Positions 9,413 through 20,276 of a stretch of DNA of 64,000 nucleotides are shown piece after piece. Made by a program: the position numbers and the translations under genes. The notes beneath the pieces are model-generated. The model made no database searches. It was not told the origin of the DNA and saw only the letters and a program-made list of their open reading frames with translations. Position 1 is the stretch's first letter; every line of letters starts with the position of its first letter. Source of the DNA: an uncultured Planctomycetota bacterium (GTDB lineage Bacteria > Planctomycetota > Planctomycetia > Isosphaerales > Isosphaeraceae); the NCBI GenBank assembly GCA_963737655.1, contig CAVTTN010000002.1, positions 7,360,001 to 7,424,000 of the forward strand, read 5' to 3'.

Positions 9413-10486
9413 TCACGACCGGGGGGCCGTCGCCACGAACCCGTGGAACACGCCGTTGGCGTCGGAGTAGAACCCGGTGATCTCGCCGGAGTTCGTGATC
9501 CCGGTGATCTGCGTGACCTCCACCCCGCCGCTGAACGCCTCGCTCGGGTCGTCGAGGAACGTGTACGCGCCGGTATGGGTGTTGTAGAGGAATCCGTGCT
9601 GGCTCGTCGTCGAGTCGCCGTAATAGCCCACGGCGATCCCCCGGTCGTTGATCCCCAGGACCTGCGAGAACACGAACGTGGCCCCCGGCTCGCCCGGGAC
9701 GTTCGGGATCGTCGGGTCGGCGATCGCGGTGCCCGTGACGGCCCCTCCGCGGCTCCCCTTCACGCTCGCCTGGAAGCCGTGGACCTGCCCATCGTTCCCC
9801 TGATAGAAGCCGACGACCAGCCCTTGATTGTTGATCCCCTGGGCGTTCACGACGTTCGGGCCCGACGGGGCGTTGATCGTGACGGTCGCCTTCGCGTTGA
9901 CCAGGGCGAACCCCGGGGTCGCGTCGGCCGTGGTGTCCTGGCCGACGATCTGCCCGCGATCGTTCACGCCGAAGGCCGTCGCCGACGTCCCCCCGCCCGG
10001 GATGAAGGTCTTCAGCCCCTTCCCGCCCAGGAAGAACGCGTTGCCGTTGCCGTCGGTGCCCACGACCACGCCCGAGGAGTTCGTCCCGAACGCCATCGCC
10101 GCCGTCGAGCCGTTCAGGTTCAGGCTCCGGACCGCCCGGGACCTCAGCGGGTTGACCGTGAAATTGGCGAAATTCCCGCCGTTGATCGCGAAGCCGACGG
10201 ACTGGCCCGAGTTCGCGATCCCGTTCTGATTGGTCCCCTCGCCCGCGGCCGTGCCGGCGCCCGGGGCGTCGAAGTTCGTGAACGTGAACCCGCCGGCCGA
10301 GGCCGAGCCGATCACCGAGACCATCGGCCCCTGGGGCTTCTTCGACGCCCGGTGCCCCTCCTGATGGACGACAAGGGCCGAGGCCGGGACATCGTGGGGA
10401 TGGGGCATCGCCCCATTCAGCAGCGCGCGGCCCTCCAGGGGGACGAGCAAGGGGCGGACGTCTCGGGACCGATTCCTTGCAATCAT
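9413..10486 (-). CDS. extracellular beta-repeat protein with planctomycete LEGRALL-type leader
   Basis: PLEGRALLNG N-terminal motif; repeated (A/G)xGIN(D/N)xGxxVGxY units; HGFLY motif. Confidence 0.75.
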   Translation of the reverse strand: MIARNRSRDVRPLLVPLEGRALLNGAMPHPHDVPASALVVHQEGHRASKKPQGPMVSVIGSASAGGFTFTNFDAPGAGTAAGEGTNQNGIANSGQSVGFAINGGNFANFTVNPLRSRAVRSLNLNGSTAAMAFGTNSSGVVVGTDGNGNAFFLGGKGLKTFIPGGGTSATAFGVNDRGQIVGQDTTADATPGFALVNAKATVTINAPSGPNVVNAQGINNQGLVVGFYQGNDGQVHGFQASVKGSRGGAVTGTAIADPTIPNVPGEPGATFVFSQVLGINDRGIAVGYYGDSTTSQHGFLYNTHTGAYTFLDDPSEAFSGGVEVTQITGITNSGEITGFYSDANGVFHGFVATAPRS

Positions 10487-10817
10487 GGTGCCATCTCCCG
10501 GTTCAAGGAGTCTCTGGGAACAGAATCACGGTGATGCGACCGGGCCGAGAGGCCGCCCTCCTCGGCGATCAGGACGAACCGTCTCCCCGGCGGCCGACGC
10601 GACCGATCGGCCTCCGCCTCCGACCCGGAGGTCGCCGAGGGATTCACTCCGGCCCCGAAGCCTCCTCGGCGCCGCCCCGCAACGGCCGGGCAGCGACCCC
10701 GGCCACCGTCTTCATGGCCGTCGGGACCGACGCCGGACAGGGTTCGCGAGAAATCCCGCGCGGATTTGGACGATCCCGCACCGATCCGCGCGGCCCGCCC
10801 GATCGCGGCCGGTTGGA

Positions 10818-12221
10818 TCAGAGGATGTACCGGCTGAGGTCCTCGTCCTTCGCCAGGCTCTCGAGCCGGTCGCGGACGTACTGCGCGTCGATCTTGATCG
10901 GGCCCGAGGCGGCGTCGGGGGCGTCGAAGCTGATCCCCTCGACGACCCGTTCCAGAATCGTATGGAGGCGCCTGGCCCCGATGTTCTGCGTCGATCGGTT
11001 GACGTGATACGCCAGGTCGGCCATCGCGTCGATGGCGTCGTCGGTGAAGGCAAGCTCCACGCCGTCGGTCGCGAGCAAGGCCTCATACTGCCGGATCAGG
11101 GAGGCCCGGGGCTCCCGCAAGATCCTCACGAAATCGTCTCGCGTGAGGTCGCTGAGCTCGACCCGGATCGGGAACCGGCCCTGGAGCTCGGGCATCAGGT
11201 CGCTGGGCTTCGACCGGTGGAACGCGCCGGCGGCCAGGAACAGCACGTAATCGGTCTTCACAGGTCCATATTTGGTGGCGACCGTCGTCCCCTCGACGAT
11301 CGGCAGCAGGTCGCGCTGGACGCCCTGCCGGGAGACGTCGGGCCCCTTGCCGCCGCCCCCCTCGTCCCCGGCGATCTTGTCGATCTCGTCGAGGAAGATC
11401 ATCCCCGATTCCTCGGCGAGCGAGACGGCCTGGCGGTGGACCTTCTCGGGGTCGATCAGGGCCTCGGCCTCCTGGGCTTCGAGGATCGGCCGGGCGTCCT
11501 TCACGGCGAGTCGGCGGGTCTGCGATGGCCGGGGCATGAGCTTCTCGAAGACGCCCTGGAGCTCCATCTCCATCTGCTCCATGTTCCCCGCGCCCAGGAT
11601 CGACACCGGCGCCGCGGACTTGCCCGGCAGGGTGATCTCGACCTCGCGATCCTCCAGCTCGCCCGAATCCAGCCGCGTCTTCATCTTCTCGCGAGAGCGC
11701 AGGCGGCGCTCGGCGGCCTCCTCGGCCTCGGGCGTGTCGGACGGCCCATACGACGGCGGGGAGGGCGGCAAGAGGAGGTCGAGCAAGCGGTCCGAGGCCC
11801 GCGATTTCGCCTCGGCGGCCACCCGCTCGCGCTCGCCGGCCTTCACCAAGACAATCGCCGCTTCCACCAGGTCGCGGACCATGCTCTCCACGTCCCGGCC
11901 GTAGTAGCCGACCTCGGTGTATTTGGTCGCCTCGACCTTGAGGAACGGGGCCCCGACGAGCCTGGCCAGCCTCCGGGCGATCTCGGTCTTGCCGACGCCG
12001 GTCGGGCCGATCATGAGGATATTTTTGGGGATCACCTGAGACCGGAGCTCGTCCGGGAGGCGTTTGCGGCGCCATCGGTTGCGCAAGGCGATCGCCACGG
12101 CCTTCTTGGCGTCGTTCTGGCCGACGATGTCCCGGTCCAGCTCGGCCACGATCTCGCGGGGGGTCAATTCGCGCAAGGGAGCCTCGCCCGGTGCGGGTCG
12201 AACGACGGATTCCCCGCTCAT
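10818..12221 (-). CDS. hslU: ATP-dependent protease ATPase subunit HslU
   Basis: [49 protein letters not shown] and terminal DLSRYIL motifs. Confidence 0.98.
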   Translation of the reverse strand: MSGESVVRPAPGEAPLRELTPREIVAELDRDIVGQNDAKKAVAIALRNRWRRKRLPDELRSQVIPKNILMIGPTGVGKTEIARRLARLVGAPFLKVEATKYTEVGYYGRDVESMVRDLVEAAIVLVKAGERERVAAEAKSRASDRLLDLLLPPSPPSYGPSDTPEAEEAAERRLRSREKMKTRLDSGELEDREVEITLPGKSAAPVSILGAGNMEQMEMELQGVFEKLMPRPSQTRRLAVKDARPILEAQEAEALIDPEKVHRQAVSLAEESGMIFLDEIDKIAGDEGGGGKGPDVSRQGVQRDLLPIVEGTTVATKYGPVKTDYVLFLAAGAFHRSKPSDLMPELQGRFPIRVELSDLTRDDFVRILREPRASLIRQYEALLATDGVELAFTDDAIDAMADLAYHVNRSTQNIGARRLHTILERVVEGISFDAPDAASGPIKIDAQYVRDRLESLAKDEDLSRYIL

Positions 12222-12760
12222 TTCAGGGAATCCAGTTCTTCCACGGTCAAATTTCCATTGGTATAGATGTCGATTTCCCCGGCGATGCGGAGCGACTGGC
12301 GGACGATCTCCCCGGCCGGAAGCTCGGTGTGGGCGATCAGGGCCCGGGCCGCCGCCAGGGCGTAGCCGCCGCCGGAGCCGGCGGTCAGGATGCCGTCGGT
12401 CGGCTGGATCACGTCGCCCGTGCCGCTGACCAGCAGGCTATGCCGCGAATCCGCCACCACCAGCAACGCTTCCAGCCTCCTCAGGGCCCGATCGGTCCGC
12501 CAGAGCTTGGCGAGCTCGGTGGCGGCTCGCGGGACGTTGTTCGGATAGTCCTTGAGCTTCCCCTCGAACCGCTCCAGGAGGGCGAACCCATCGGCCGCGC
12601 TGCCGGCGAAGCCGACGAGCACCTGGCCATCCAGGAGCTTGCGGACCTTCACCGCGTCGGCCTTCATGACCGTGGTGCCCAGCGTCACCTGGCCATCGCC
12701 GCCCACGGCCACCTTGCCCCCTCGGCGGACCGAGAGGATCGTCGTCGCATGCCAGTCCAC
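12218..12760 (-). CDS. hslV: ATP-dependent protease subunit HslV
   Basis: [25 protein letters not shown] and GSGGGYA motifs; 4-nt overlap with hslU. Confidence 0.97.
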   Translation of the reverse strand: MDWHATTILSVRRGGKVAVGGDGQVTLGTTVMKADAVKVRKLLDGQVLVGFAGSAADGFALLERFEGKLKDYPNNVPRAATELAKLWRTDRALRRLEALLVVADSRHSLLVSGTGDVIQPTDGILTAGSGGGYALAAARALIAHTELPAGEIVRQSLRIAGEIDIYTNGNLTVEELDSLK

Positions 12761-13029
12761 GCCCGCCCCCCGCCCTCGGCCCGAAGAATCGTCGGCGAAC
12801 CCGCCCCCTGAAGGATAGCCACGAGGCCCCGAGGTTGCCAGGGGAGGCCATCGAGCCGGGGATGTGAACCTCGGTAGAATGCATTGGATGCGTGATCTGT
12901 GACGAGCCAGGAAAGCGGCGTCGGCTGGTAAACTTGAGGGTCGAGCCGCTCGGGGACGATAGAGAGCCTCATGGACGGGGCGAGGTCGCCCCGAGGATTC
13001 CTGTCGAACGAGGCGAGCAGGAGGCCGCG

Positions 13030-14046
13030 ATGAGTCAGCGAACGATGGGGGCCGCGATCATTTTCCTCGCGGCGGCGGCCGGGACCGTGGAGACGGCCCG
13101 GGCCCAGAGCTGGGCGGACAACCTGTTCGTCGAGCACGGCCACGACTTCGGCCCGGTGCCTCGCGGGGCCGTGGTTCGCCACGACTTCGTGATGACCAAC
13201 CGGCTGAAGGAGCCGCTGACGATCCTGGACGTTCGGGCCTCGTGCGGCTGCACGTCGGGCCGGGCGTCGGCGACTCAGCTCGCGCCGGGCCAGTCGGCCA
13301 GGGTCGAGGCGCAGATGGACACGAGGAACTTCGTCGGCCGGAAGGCCACGAAGCTGATCATCACGATCATGACGGCCTCGGGGCAGTCGGCCGAGGCGCA
13401 GGTCGCGGTGGTCTCGAACATCCTGCCGGACATCGTCCTGAACCCCGGGACGATCGACTTCGGCTCGCTCGCCAAGGGCCAATCGCCCAGGCTCTCGATG
13501 ACCATCGAGCGGCTCGGCTCGCCCGAGTGGCGGTTCACCAGGATGACGGCGACCGGCTCGCTTCTCAAGTCGGTCGACGCTCGGCTCGACGAGCTGGAGC
13601 GGAGCCCTTCGCGGGTGGCCTATCAGCTCACGGTGACGCTCAAGCCGACGGCCTCGGCCGGCTATCTCCGCGACGACATCCGCATCCTCACCAATGATCC
13701 CGAGAGCCCGATGGTTCCGGTGCTCGTCACGGCGCAGATCCAGGGGACGCTCACGGCCTCGCCCAGCACCCTGGCGATGGGCCGGGCTTCCGGAGGGGCC
13801 GCCCAGGGCCGCTTCCTGATCCGGAGCACGAAGCCATTCGCGATCAAGAATCTCGAAGGCTCCGGCGACGGCTTCACGATCACCGCCGACGACGCCGCGA
13901 GCAAGCCTCTCCACATCGTGACGGTGACCTACCACACCACGGAGACCTCCATGCGAGGCGACCTCCGAAGGACGTTCCAGGTCACCTCCGACCTCGCCGA
14001 CGAGCCGCCCCTTCAACTCAACGCCACGCTCCGGGTCGATCCGTAA
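13030..14046 (+). CDS. DUF1573 domain protein (Ig-like, secreted)
   Basis: Signal peptide; HDFGPVPRG and ASCGCT motifs. Confidence 0.88.
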   Translation: MSQRTMGAAIIFLAAAAGTVETARAQSWADNLFVEHGHDFGPVPRGAVVRHDFVMTNRLKEPLTILDVRASCGCTSGRASATQLAPGQSARVEAQMDTRNFVGRKATKLIITIMTASGQSAEAQVAVVSNILPDIVLNPGTIDFGSLAKGQSPRLSMTIERLGSPEWRFTRMTATGSLLKSVDARLDELERSPSRVAYQLTVTLKPTASAGYLRDDIRILTNDPESPMVPVLVTAQIQGTLTASPSTLAMGRASGGAAQGRFLIRSTKPFAIKNLEGSGDGFTITADDAASKPLHIVTVTYHTTETSMRGDLRRTFQVTSDLADEPPLQLNATLRVDP

Positions 14047-14052
14047 GGCGGT

Positions 14053-14283
14053 TTACGAACCGATTGCGCGCGACGGGTCTCGTAGGGCCGGCCTCGGCAT
14101 ACCGTCTTCACGGGTCGCTTTACTCTGGGACGTGAAGGGGATGCCGGCGTCGGCCAACGCTTCCAGGGCCGCTTCGGGCACCAGATGTTCCCCGGACTTC
14201 AGGACTCGTCCCGAGAAGCGGCCCAGAAGGAAGGCCAAGGCCCGTTTCTCGGCCTCGCGATCGGAGAACTTGATGGTCACCAA
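14053..14283 (-). CDS. small hypothetical protein
   Basis: 76 aa, KRALAFLLGRFS...VPEAALEALA; GGGGAGG upstream. The 3' end overlaps a degenerate family B repeat at about 14082-14104. Confidence 0.55.
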   Translation of the reverse strand: MVTIKFSDREAEKRALAFLLGRFSGRVLKSGEHLVPEAALEALADAGIPFTSQSKATREDGMPRPALRDPSRAIGS

Positions 14284-14429
14284 GGTCGGATTGCCTCCCC
14301 TCGCCAGTAGAACAGGCCGCTACGATCGATGCAAGGTCGGGCTGGCGGAGGGCCAGGGGCGGCGAGAAACCGGCCTCGGCCCTCCCCTCGGATCACCGCG
14401 GGGAGGGCCTGGGAGTTCTTGCCGACCGA

Positions 14430-15449
14430 TCAATCGCCCACGACGATGATCGCGAACGAATTGGGCACGAAGTTGCGGCGGCCCTTGGTCTGGGCCTGGC
14501 CCGCGCCGGCGGCCGGGGCGGGGCCGGCGGTGGCGGCCGAGAGGTAGAGCCGGTGCGTCCTGGGGTCGAGCGTCATCGTCCGGGCGCTGGCCTGGGTGGG
14601 GATGGTCGCGACCGCCGAGAACTCGCCCGGCTTCGTCTCCTTCACGACGGTGACCGTCCCGTCGCCGCCGTTCGAGCTGTAGGCGAGGCCCTTGCCCGGG
14701 TCGAACCCGGCGCCGTCGCAGCCCTTGCCGATCTCGGCCGAGCCGATCACCGTGCCCTTGTCGGCGTCCATGACGATCATCTTTTGATTGCCGCAGGCGC
14801 TGAAGAGCCGGCGGTTCTTCGCGTCCAGGGCCAGGCCGGTCGGCCTCGTCCCGGGGGCGAGCGGCCATCGGTGGAGGATTTTGAGGGTCTTCGCGTCGAA
14901 CTCGGCGACCTCGCTCGTGCTCCGCAGGTTGACGAAGATGTGGCCCTGGCCGTCGGCCACGGCACCTTCGGGCTCGCCCTCGAACGCGAGCGTCCCGACG
15001 ACGGTATCGCTGGCCGGGTCGATGGCCGTCGTGTCGTCGGTCCGGTGGTTGAACGTGAAGACGCGCTTGCTGGCCGGGTCGTACAGGATCGCGTCGGGGA
15101 CGCCGTTGGCCTTGATCTTGCCGGTGGGCTTCAACGTCTTGAGGTCGAAGACGGTGACGGTGCTGTCCGACCCGTTGCTGGTGAAGCCCTTGTTGAGCTC
15201 GGGGACGACGGCGATCCCGTGGATGCCCGGGGTGTCGGGCAGCTCGCCGACGACCTTCTCGGTCTCCAGGTCCACCACCACGACGCGGTTCCCCCGGGAG
15301 ACGTACAGCCGCCTCGCCTCGGGATCGACGGTCAGGTAATCCCAGCCCCCTTCGCCGCCCACGGCGATCTTGTGGACCTTCGGCGCGGGGGCTTCGGCCG
15401 CGGGGGCCTGCGCGATGGCCGAGCAGGCGATCAGGACGAGCGCATTCAT
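14430..15449 (-). CDS. YncE-family beta-propeller protein, secreted
   Basis: GGEGGWDYLTVD, PGIHGIA, PDAILYDP and ARTMTLD motifs. Confidence 0.88.
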   Translation of the reverse strand: MNALVLIACSAIAQAPAAEAPAPKVHKIAVGGEGGWDYLTVDPEARRLYVSRGNRVVVVDLETEKVVGELPDTPGIHGIAVVPELNKGFTSNGSDSTVTVFDLKTLKPTGKIKANGVPDAILYDPASKRVFTFNHRTDDTTAIDPASDTVVGTLAFEGEPEGAVADGQGHIFVNLRSTSEVAEFDAKTLKILHRWPLAPGTRPTGLALDAKNRRLFSACGNQKMIVMDADKGTVIGSAEIGKGCDGAGFDPGKGLAYSSNGGDGTVTVVKETKPGEFSAVATIPTQASARTMTLDPRTHRLYLSAATAGPAPAAGAGQAQTKGRRNFVPNSFAIIVVGD

Positions 15450-15598
15450 CGGGGTCGGTCCTCGGAGGGTGGATCGGGAGGCGTCGCCGGCGCGATCCTA
15501 ACCGATCGGCCCGAGGAAAGGGCGTCGTCCTCGACGATTTCGGCGCCGAATCCGAGGGGCATGCTCACGAACCCGCGAGCATGCCCCCCGAGGACGCC

Positions 15599-18500
15599 TC
15601 ACGGCTCGACGGTGATCGCCGCCACGATGGGCGCCGTGTTGTCGCGACCCTTGACGAGCTCGAGCGAGTCGATCGTCTGGTCGGGCCTCTCCGGCTTGAT
15701 GGCGAGGTAACGAATCTGACGGCCCCCGAGGTTGAACGCGAGCTTCGAGCCCGGGACGTCGATCGGCCCGATGTAGTCGGCGATCTCCACGCCGTTCTTC
15801 AACGGGTGGTCCTCCGTGGTGCCGTCGGCGTAATGCAGGCGGACGATCATCGAGACGCTGCCGGTCTCTCCGCCCGGGTGGCCCCAGCCGCTGATCCCGC
15901 CCAGGACGTGGATCGCCCTGGCGGTCGAGTGACAGGGGATGGTCACGGATTTCGGCATCTTCGGCGCCTGGGTGCCGTGAGGGCCGTAGAGCATGACCAT
16001 GTTCGGCACGCGCTCGCCCTGGGGATCGACCAGGCCGAACGGGACGCCCTGGAACGTCTTGGGCGACCAGTCGGGGAAGATCAGCCGCTCGATCGGGCTC
16101 TCCGAGGCGAAGAACATGCCCCGGGTCGAGACGCTGGTGGCCACCTTGCGGAGGTCCAGCGGGAGGTATTTGCCCCGGGCGGTGAGGAAGGCCAAAACAT
16201 CGGCCACGCCCTCGGTGCCCACCTGCTTCTCGAACCCCTCGGGCATCAGCGACTTCTTCGACGCCTGGATCTGGTCGATGTCCTGCCTCAAGATCGTGTT
16301 GGACTTGCCCTCGGCGTCCAGGAGGACCACCGCGGTCTTGGTCTCGGAGGCGAGCAGGCCCGTGAGCACCCGGCCGTCGTTCACGGCGACGGTGTAGCTC
16401 ACGAAATTCCCCTCGACGCTCCGGCTCGGGTCGAGGATGTGCACGAGCAATTCCTCGCGAGGATGGGCGGCCATCCCCGTGAGGTCGGGCCCGACCTTCC
16501 CGCCCTCGCCGGAGTGCGTGTGGCACTTGGCGCATTCTTTCTTGAACAGCTCCTTGCCCTTCGTCGCGTTGCCGTTCTTGAGGACGAGCGGGGCGAGCGT
16601 CTCGATGACCTTCTGGCGGTCGGGATCGGGCAATCCTCCGCCGGAGGCCATCAGCGTCTTGGCCCTCTTGGCGATGACCTGATCGGGGTGGGCGGCGAGG
16701 CCCTGGGTCTGGTCGAGCGAGAGGTCGCTCATGCGGAGCTTGCCCGCCTCGATGCCGTCCAGGAGTGCCCGGGTCCAGTCGGCCCGGCCGATCAGGGCCC
16801 GGCTCGCCTCGGCCCGGACGCCCGGAGTCATCGCCGGGACCGCCTCGACGAGCGCCTCGCCGACCTTCGGCGATCGGCTCAGGGAGACCGCGCCGACGAA
16901 TCCCGCGGCCAGGCTCGGCGAGGTCCGGGGCGAGACCATCGCGAGCAGTTCGCCCGCGGCCTCGGCGTCCTCGTCGCGGAACTCGATCAGCCTTCGGGCC
17001 GCCTCGATCCGCTCGAGCTCGGGCTTGTTCTCGTCCTGGGCCGTGGCGAGGAAGCCCTTGGCGATCTCGGCCGTGTACTTCTCCAGCCCCTTGCTGCCCC
17101 ACTTCGAGGCGAGGGTCAGCAATTGGCCCTTGCCCTGCGAACCCAGCTTCGGCAGGAGGGTTCCGAGGGCCTTCTCTCGCTCGTCGTCCAGCTCGGCCTT
17201 CAGGTCCTTCGGCCAGCCCTTCGCGACCCCGGCCACGATCACGTCGGCGATCTTCGGGTCGGCCTTCGCCAGGGCGAGGAAGACGGCGCCGATGGTGTCG
17301 GCCGGGCCGCCTCGGGCGTAGTGCTCGGCCACGCGGAGGGTCACCGTCGTCACGGCCGGGCTCGGCGGCTTCGCGAAGGTCTCCCCGGCGATCGCGGCGA
17401 GGTAGAACCGATCGTTCGTCGCGGCGGCGGCCGAGGCGGCATCGACCAGGCCCCGGTCCCCGTCGAACGCCCCGCCGACCATCGCCTGGACCAGCGCCTT
17501 CGCGTGGGCTTCCGACGGCCTCATCTCCGAAAGGGCCAGGAGCATGGCCAGACGGACCTGGGGATCGGGGTCGGTCAGGAGCTTGTGGTGGATCAGGATT
17601 TCGCCCACGTGCTCCCGCTTCGGCAGGCTCTGGATCGCCGCCCGACGGACCCCGGCCGACGGATGGCTGAGTGCCCCGTTGATCGTCCTCCAGTGCTGGT
17701 CGTCCCTGGCCAGGGCGTCCAGGCCCGCCAGGGCGTGGAGCGCGTGGATCGCCGCCGGGTTCAGGCCGATCGCATCCACCGACCGATCCTCGACCAGCGC
17801 CAGCAGGGCCGGCACCACGTCGCCCTTGCCCCTCTCGACGATCAGCCTCTGGGCATGCAGACGCCAGAACATGTTCGGATTCTTGAGCGCCGCCACGAGG
17901 CCCGGGCCATCGTTCGGGTCGAGCTTCGGCTGAGGCGATTCCTGGCCTCCCTCGCTGACGATCCGGTAGATCCGCCCGTGGGTCTTGTCGCGGAGGTCGG
18001 TCTCGTACGCGCCCCCCTTGCCGGTCTGGAACCCCTGGGGCGTCGGGTTGTGCTGGACGATGAAGTTGTACCAGTCGATGAACCAGACGTTGCCGTCGGG
18101 GCCGACTTCCGCGAGGATCGGCGCGGTCCATTCGTCGTCGCTGGCGAGCAGGTTCCAGGCGTTGTGCGAGGTGAATTCGGTGCCGTGGGGGTGCAGGGTG
18201 AACGTCGCGATCAGGTGGCCGGTCGGCTCGCTGACGAACGCCGTCTTGTTCCAGTAGACCGGCGGATAGGTCCGGGCCGTGTACAGGGCGTGGCCCGCCC
18301 CGGCGGTGAACCCGCCGTGCCAGTCCACCTGCCGGACCTTCTCCGTCGCCGGGAAGAAGCGATTGGTGTCGGCGTTGTTCGCCAGGACCGTCGGCGACAT
18401 GCCGCGGACACTCTCGTAATAGCGGTTCGGGATCGGCATGAACACGCTCGGGCACCCGTTCGCGGTCGAACCGAACAGCAGCCCTTCCTCGCTGAACCCG

Positions 18501-19906
18501 ACGCCCCACGAGTTGTTGTTCGTGTTGCGGAGGAACTCCAGCTTCGAGCCGTCCGGCTGGAACCGGAAGAACCCCTGGCGGAAGCTGTGACGCTCTCCGC
18601 CCACCGTGCCGTTGAACCCCGAATAGCCGACGATCCCGTAAATCCAGTTATCGAACCCATAGCGGAGGTTGCTGGGACCGGCGTGGGTATCGTTGGTGCC
18701 CCAGCCGGTGAACAGCGTCTCCTTGACGTCGGCCCTGTCGTCGCCGTCGGTGTCCTTCAAGAACAGGGTATCGGGGGCTTGCGCGACGATCACCCCGCCG
18801 CGGGCGAAGCAGAGGCTGGTGGGGATGCTCAGGTTCTCGGCGAAGACCGTGGACTTGTCCGCCTGGCCGTCGCCGTCGGTGTCTTCGAGGATCGAGATCC
18901 GGTCGCGGCCCTTCCCTCGGGGCTTCAGCTCGTTGGGATAGTCGACGGTCTCGGAGACCCACAGCCGCCCGCGGTGGTCCCACGCCATCGTGATCGGCTT
19001 GCCGACCTTCGGCTCGCTCACGAACAGCTTCGGCGAGAACCCGGCGGGCAAGGCCATGTGCTCCATCGACTCGCCCGGGTCGATCGGCCTCTGCATCTGG
19101 CCGATCAGGTCGCCCTGGGCGCCCCACTTCTTCCCGGGCAGGTAGTTCGGGATCTTCTTGCCCTGGTCGTAGGCGAAATCCTTCGAATGCCCCGCGATCT
19201 TCGGCTGGGAATCGAACACCGGGCCCTTGTTCGAGGCCCAGCGGATGCCCCGCTCGATCAGGTTATGGAACCCCGGCTGGCCCCAGGTCCGTTCGTCGTG
19301 GCCATAGGCGGTGTAGAAGACGCGGCCCTTGCCCTCGGCCCGGACCCACGTCCACGGCTCCTCGCCGGCCCCTTCGGCCCGGACCTGCAAGACGGTGCGG
19401 CCCTTGGGGTTGTGCATGTTGTGCACATAAGTCTCGTCCCAGGTATGGAACGGGACGAGTCCCTTCATGATCGGATGATTCGGATCGACGACCTTCGTAT
19501 CGAACTCGCCGGTCCCGTGCCTCTGGAACCGGGCCCCGGTCAGGGCGGTCAGCTCGGGGGAATCGAGGAAGCAGAACGAGGCGCAATGGATCGGCACGTA
19601 CCCGCCGCCGTCCTCGACGTACTGCACGATGGCGTTCTCGGCCGCCTTCGGCGCCTTCTCGATGTTCGCGAACACGGCCAGGGCGTCGTACTTCCTGAGG
19701 TTCTCGGGGGTCAGGGCGCCGAGGTCTTCCGTGTACGTGAGGTCGATCCCCCGGCTGGCCAGGACCGGGGCGAGCTGCTCGAACCGATCGGCCGGGAGGT
19801 GGTGGCCCCGGTCGCCCAGGAACAGCACATTCAGCCTCGGAGTCTCGGCCGAGGCCACGACGGGGCAGGCCAGCAAGGCCAGCGCGGAGAGGAGTCGTCG
19901 CATCAT
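15599..19906 (-). CDS. PVC-type heme-binding CxxCH protein (ThuA-like N-domain, dehydrogenase-like propeller, HEAT-like repeats, cytochrome c)
   Basis: GKGRVFYTAYGH (ThuA); MAWDHRGRLWV and DTDGDGQADK (PVC propeller); CAKCH, VGPDLT and SLMPEG (cytochrome c). Confidence 0.93.
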   Translation of the reverse strand: MMRRLLSALALLACPVVASAETPRLNVLFLGDRGHHLPADRFEQLAPVLASRGIDLTYTEDLGALTPENLRKYDALAVFANIEKAPKAAENAIVQYVEDGGGYVPIHCASFCFLDSPELTALTGARFQRHGTGEFDTKVVDPNHPIMKGLVPFHTWDETYVHNMHNPKGRTVLQVRAEGAGEEPWTWVRAEGKGRVFYTAYGHDERTWGQPGFHNLIERGIRWASNKGPVFDSQPKIAGHSKDFAYDQGKKIPNYLPGKKWGAQGDLIGQMQRPIDPGESMEHMALPAGFSPKLFVSEPKVGKPITMAWDHRGRLWVSETVDYPNELKPRGKGRDRISILEDTDGDGQADKSTVFAENLSIPTSLCFARGGVIVAQAPDTLFLKDTDGDDRADVKETLFTGWGTNDTHAGPSNLRYGFDNWIYGIVGYSGFNGTVGGERHSFRQGFFRFQPDGSKLEFLRNTNNNSWGVGFSEEGLLFGSTANGCPSVFMPIPNRYYESVRGMSPTVLANNADTNRFFPATEKVRQVDWHGGFTAGAGHALYTARTYPPVYWNKTAFVSEPTGHLIATFTLHPHGTEFTSHNAWNLLASDDEWTAPILAEVGPDGNVWFIDWYNFIVQHNPTPQGFQTGKGGAYETDLRDKTHGRIYRIVSEGGQESPQPKLDPNDGPGLVAALKNPNMFWRLHAQRLIVERGKGDVVPALLALVEDRSVDAIGLNPAAIHALHALAGLDALARDDQHWRTINGALSHPSAGVRRAAIQSLPKREHVGEILIHHKLLTDPDPQVRLAMLLALSEMRPSEAHAKALVQAMVGGAFDGDRGLVDAASAAAATNDRFYLAAIAGETFAKPPSPAVTTVTLRVAEHYARGGPADTIGAVFLALAKADPKIADVIVAGVAKGWPKDLKAELDDEREKALGTLLPKLGSQGKGQLLTLASKWGSKGLEKYTAEIAKGFLATAQDENKPELERIEAARRLIEFRDEDAEAAGELLAMVSPRTSPSLAAGFVGAVSLSRSPKVGEALVEAVPAMTPGVRAEASRALIGRADWTRALLDGIEAGKLRMSDLSLDQTQGLAAHPDQVIAKRAKTLMASGGGLPDPDRQKVIETLAPLVLKNGNATKGKELFKKECAKCHTHSGEGGKVGPDLTGMAAHPREELLVHILDPSRSVEGNFVSYTVAVNDGRVLTGLLASETKTAVVLLDAEGKSNTILRQDIDQIQASKKSLMPEGFEKQVGTEGVADVLAFLTARGKYLPLDLRKVATSVSTRGMFFASESPIERLIFPDWSPKTFQGVPFGLVDPQGERVPNMVMLYGPHGTQAPKMPKSVTIPCHSTARAIHVLGGISGWGHPGGETGSVSMIVRLHYADGTTEDHPLKNGVEIADYIGPIDVPGSKLAFNLGGRQIRYLAIKPERPDQTIDSLELVKGRDNTAPIVAAITVEP

Positions 19907-19949
19907 GGCGCAATCTCATCGATCGTGAAGACGGGCGGGCGAGGTCCGG

Positions 19950-19958
19950 ATTCTAACA
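19950..19958 (-). promoter_or_regulatory. extended -10 element for the PVC-type gene
   Basis: Minus strand TGtTAGAAT about 45 nt upstream of the ATG. Confidence 0.45.
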
Positions 19959-20047
19959 GATCCCGGGCGCAAAGGGGAGCAACCCGGAATGGTCAGTGGT
20001 CGGCGTTCGGCGGTCGTAACGGATTCCAATCCCTGCGATCCAGGGAC

Positions 20048-20139
20048 CTCGGGTGCCATGCTTACGTCCGCGAAAGCATGGCTTCGGTCCGGGCTCGAAT
20101 GGAAGACCTGCTTACGCGGACGTAAGCATGCCACCCGAG
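20048..20139. repeat. inverted repeat pair (CATGCTTACGTCCGCG family)
   Basis: CTCGGGTGCCATGCTTACGTCCGCGAAAGCA ... TGCTTACGCGGACGTAAGCATGCCACCCGAG. A related hairpin GGCATGCTCACG...GAGCATGCC lies at about 15558-15585. Confidence 0.75.
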
Positions 20140-20198
20140 CACAGACCGCTGAAAGCTGACCACGGACAGCCGCCCGCCGCGAAACCCCCGCCTCAGGA

Positions 20199-20226
20199 TT
20201 GCAATCGCCCGCGATTCGCCTAGGAT
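20199..20226 (+). promoter_or_regulatory. sigma70-type promoter for the DUF1080 gene
   Basis: TTGCAA-16 nt-TAGGAT. Confidence 0.45.
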
Positions 20227-20276
20227 CGGGCCCATCTCCTCCGTTCCGAACACCCCGAGACGAGAGAGGCCCGACC

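Noticed and set aside
15498..20125. Very long antisense/alternative-frame ORFs (also 22579-26382, 58606-63399 and many others)
   Set aside because: Shadow ORFs of real genes in high-GC DNA; Arg/Gly/Pro-rich with no recognisable motifs.
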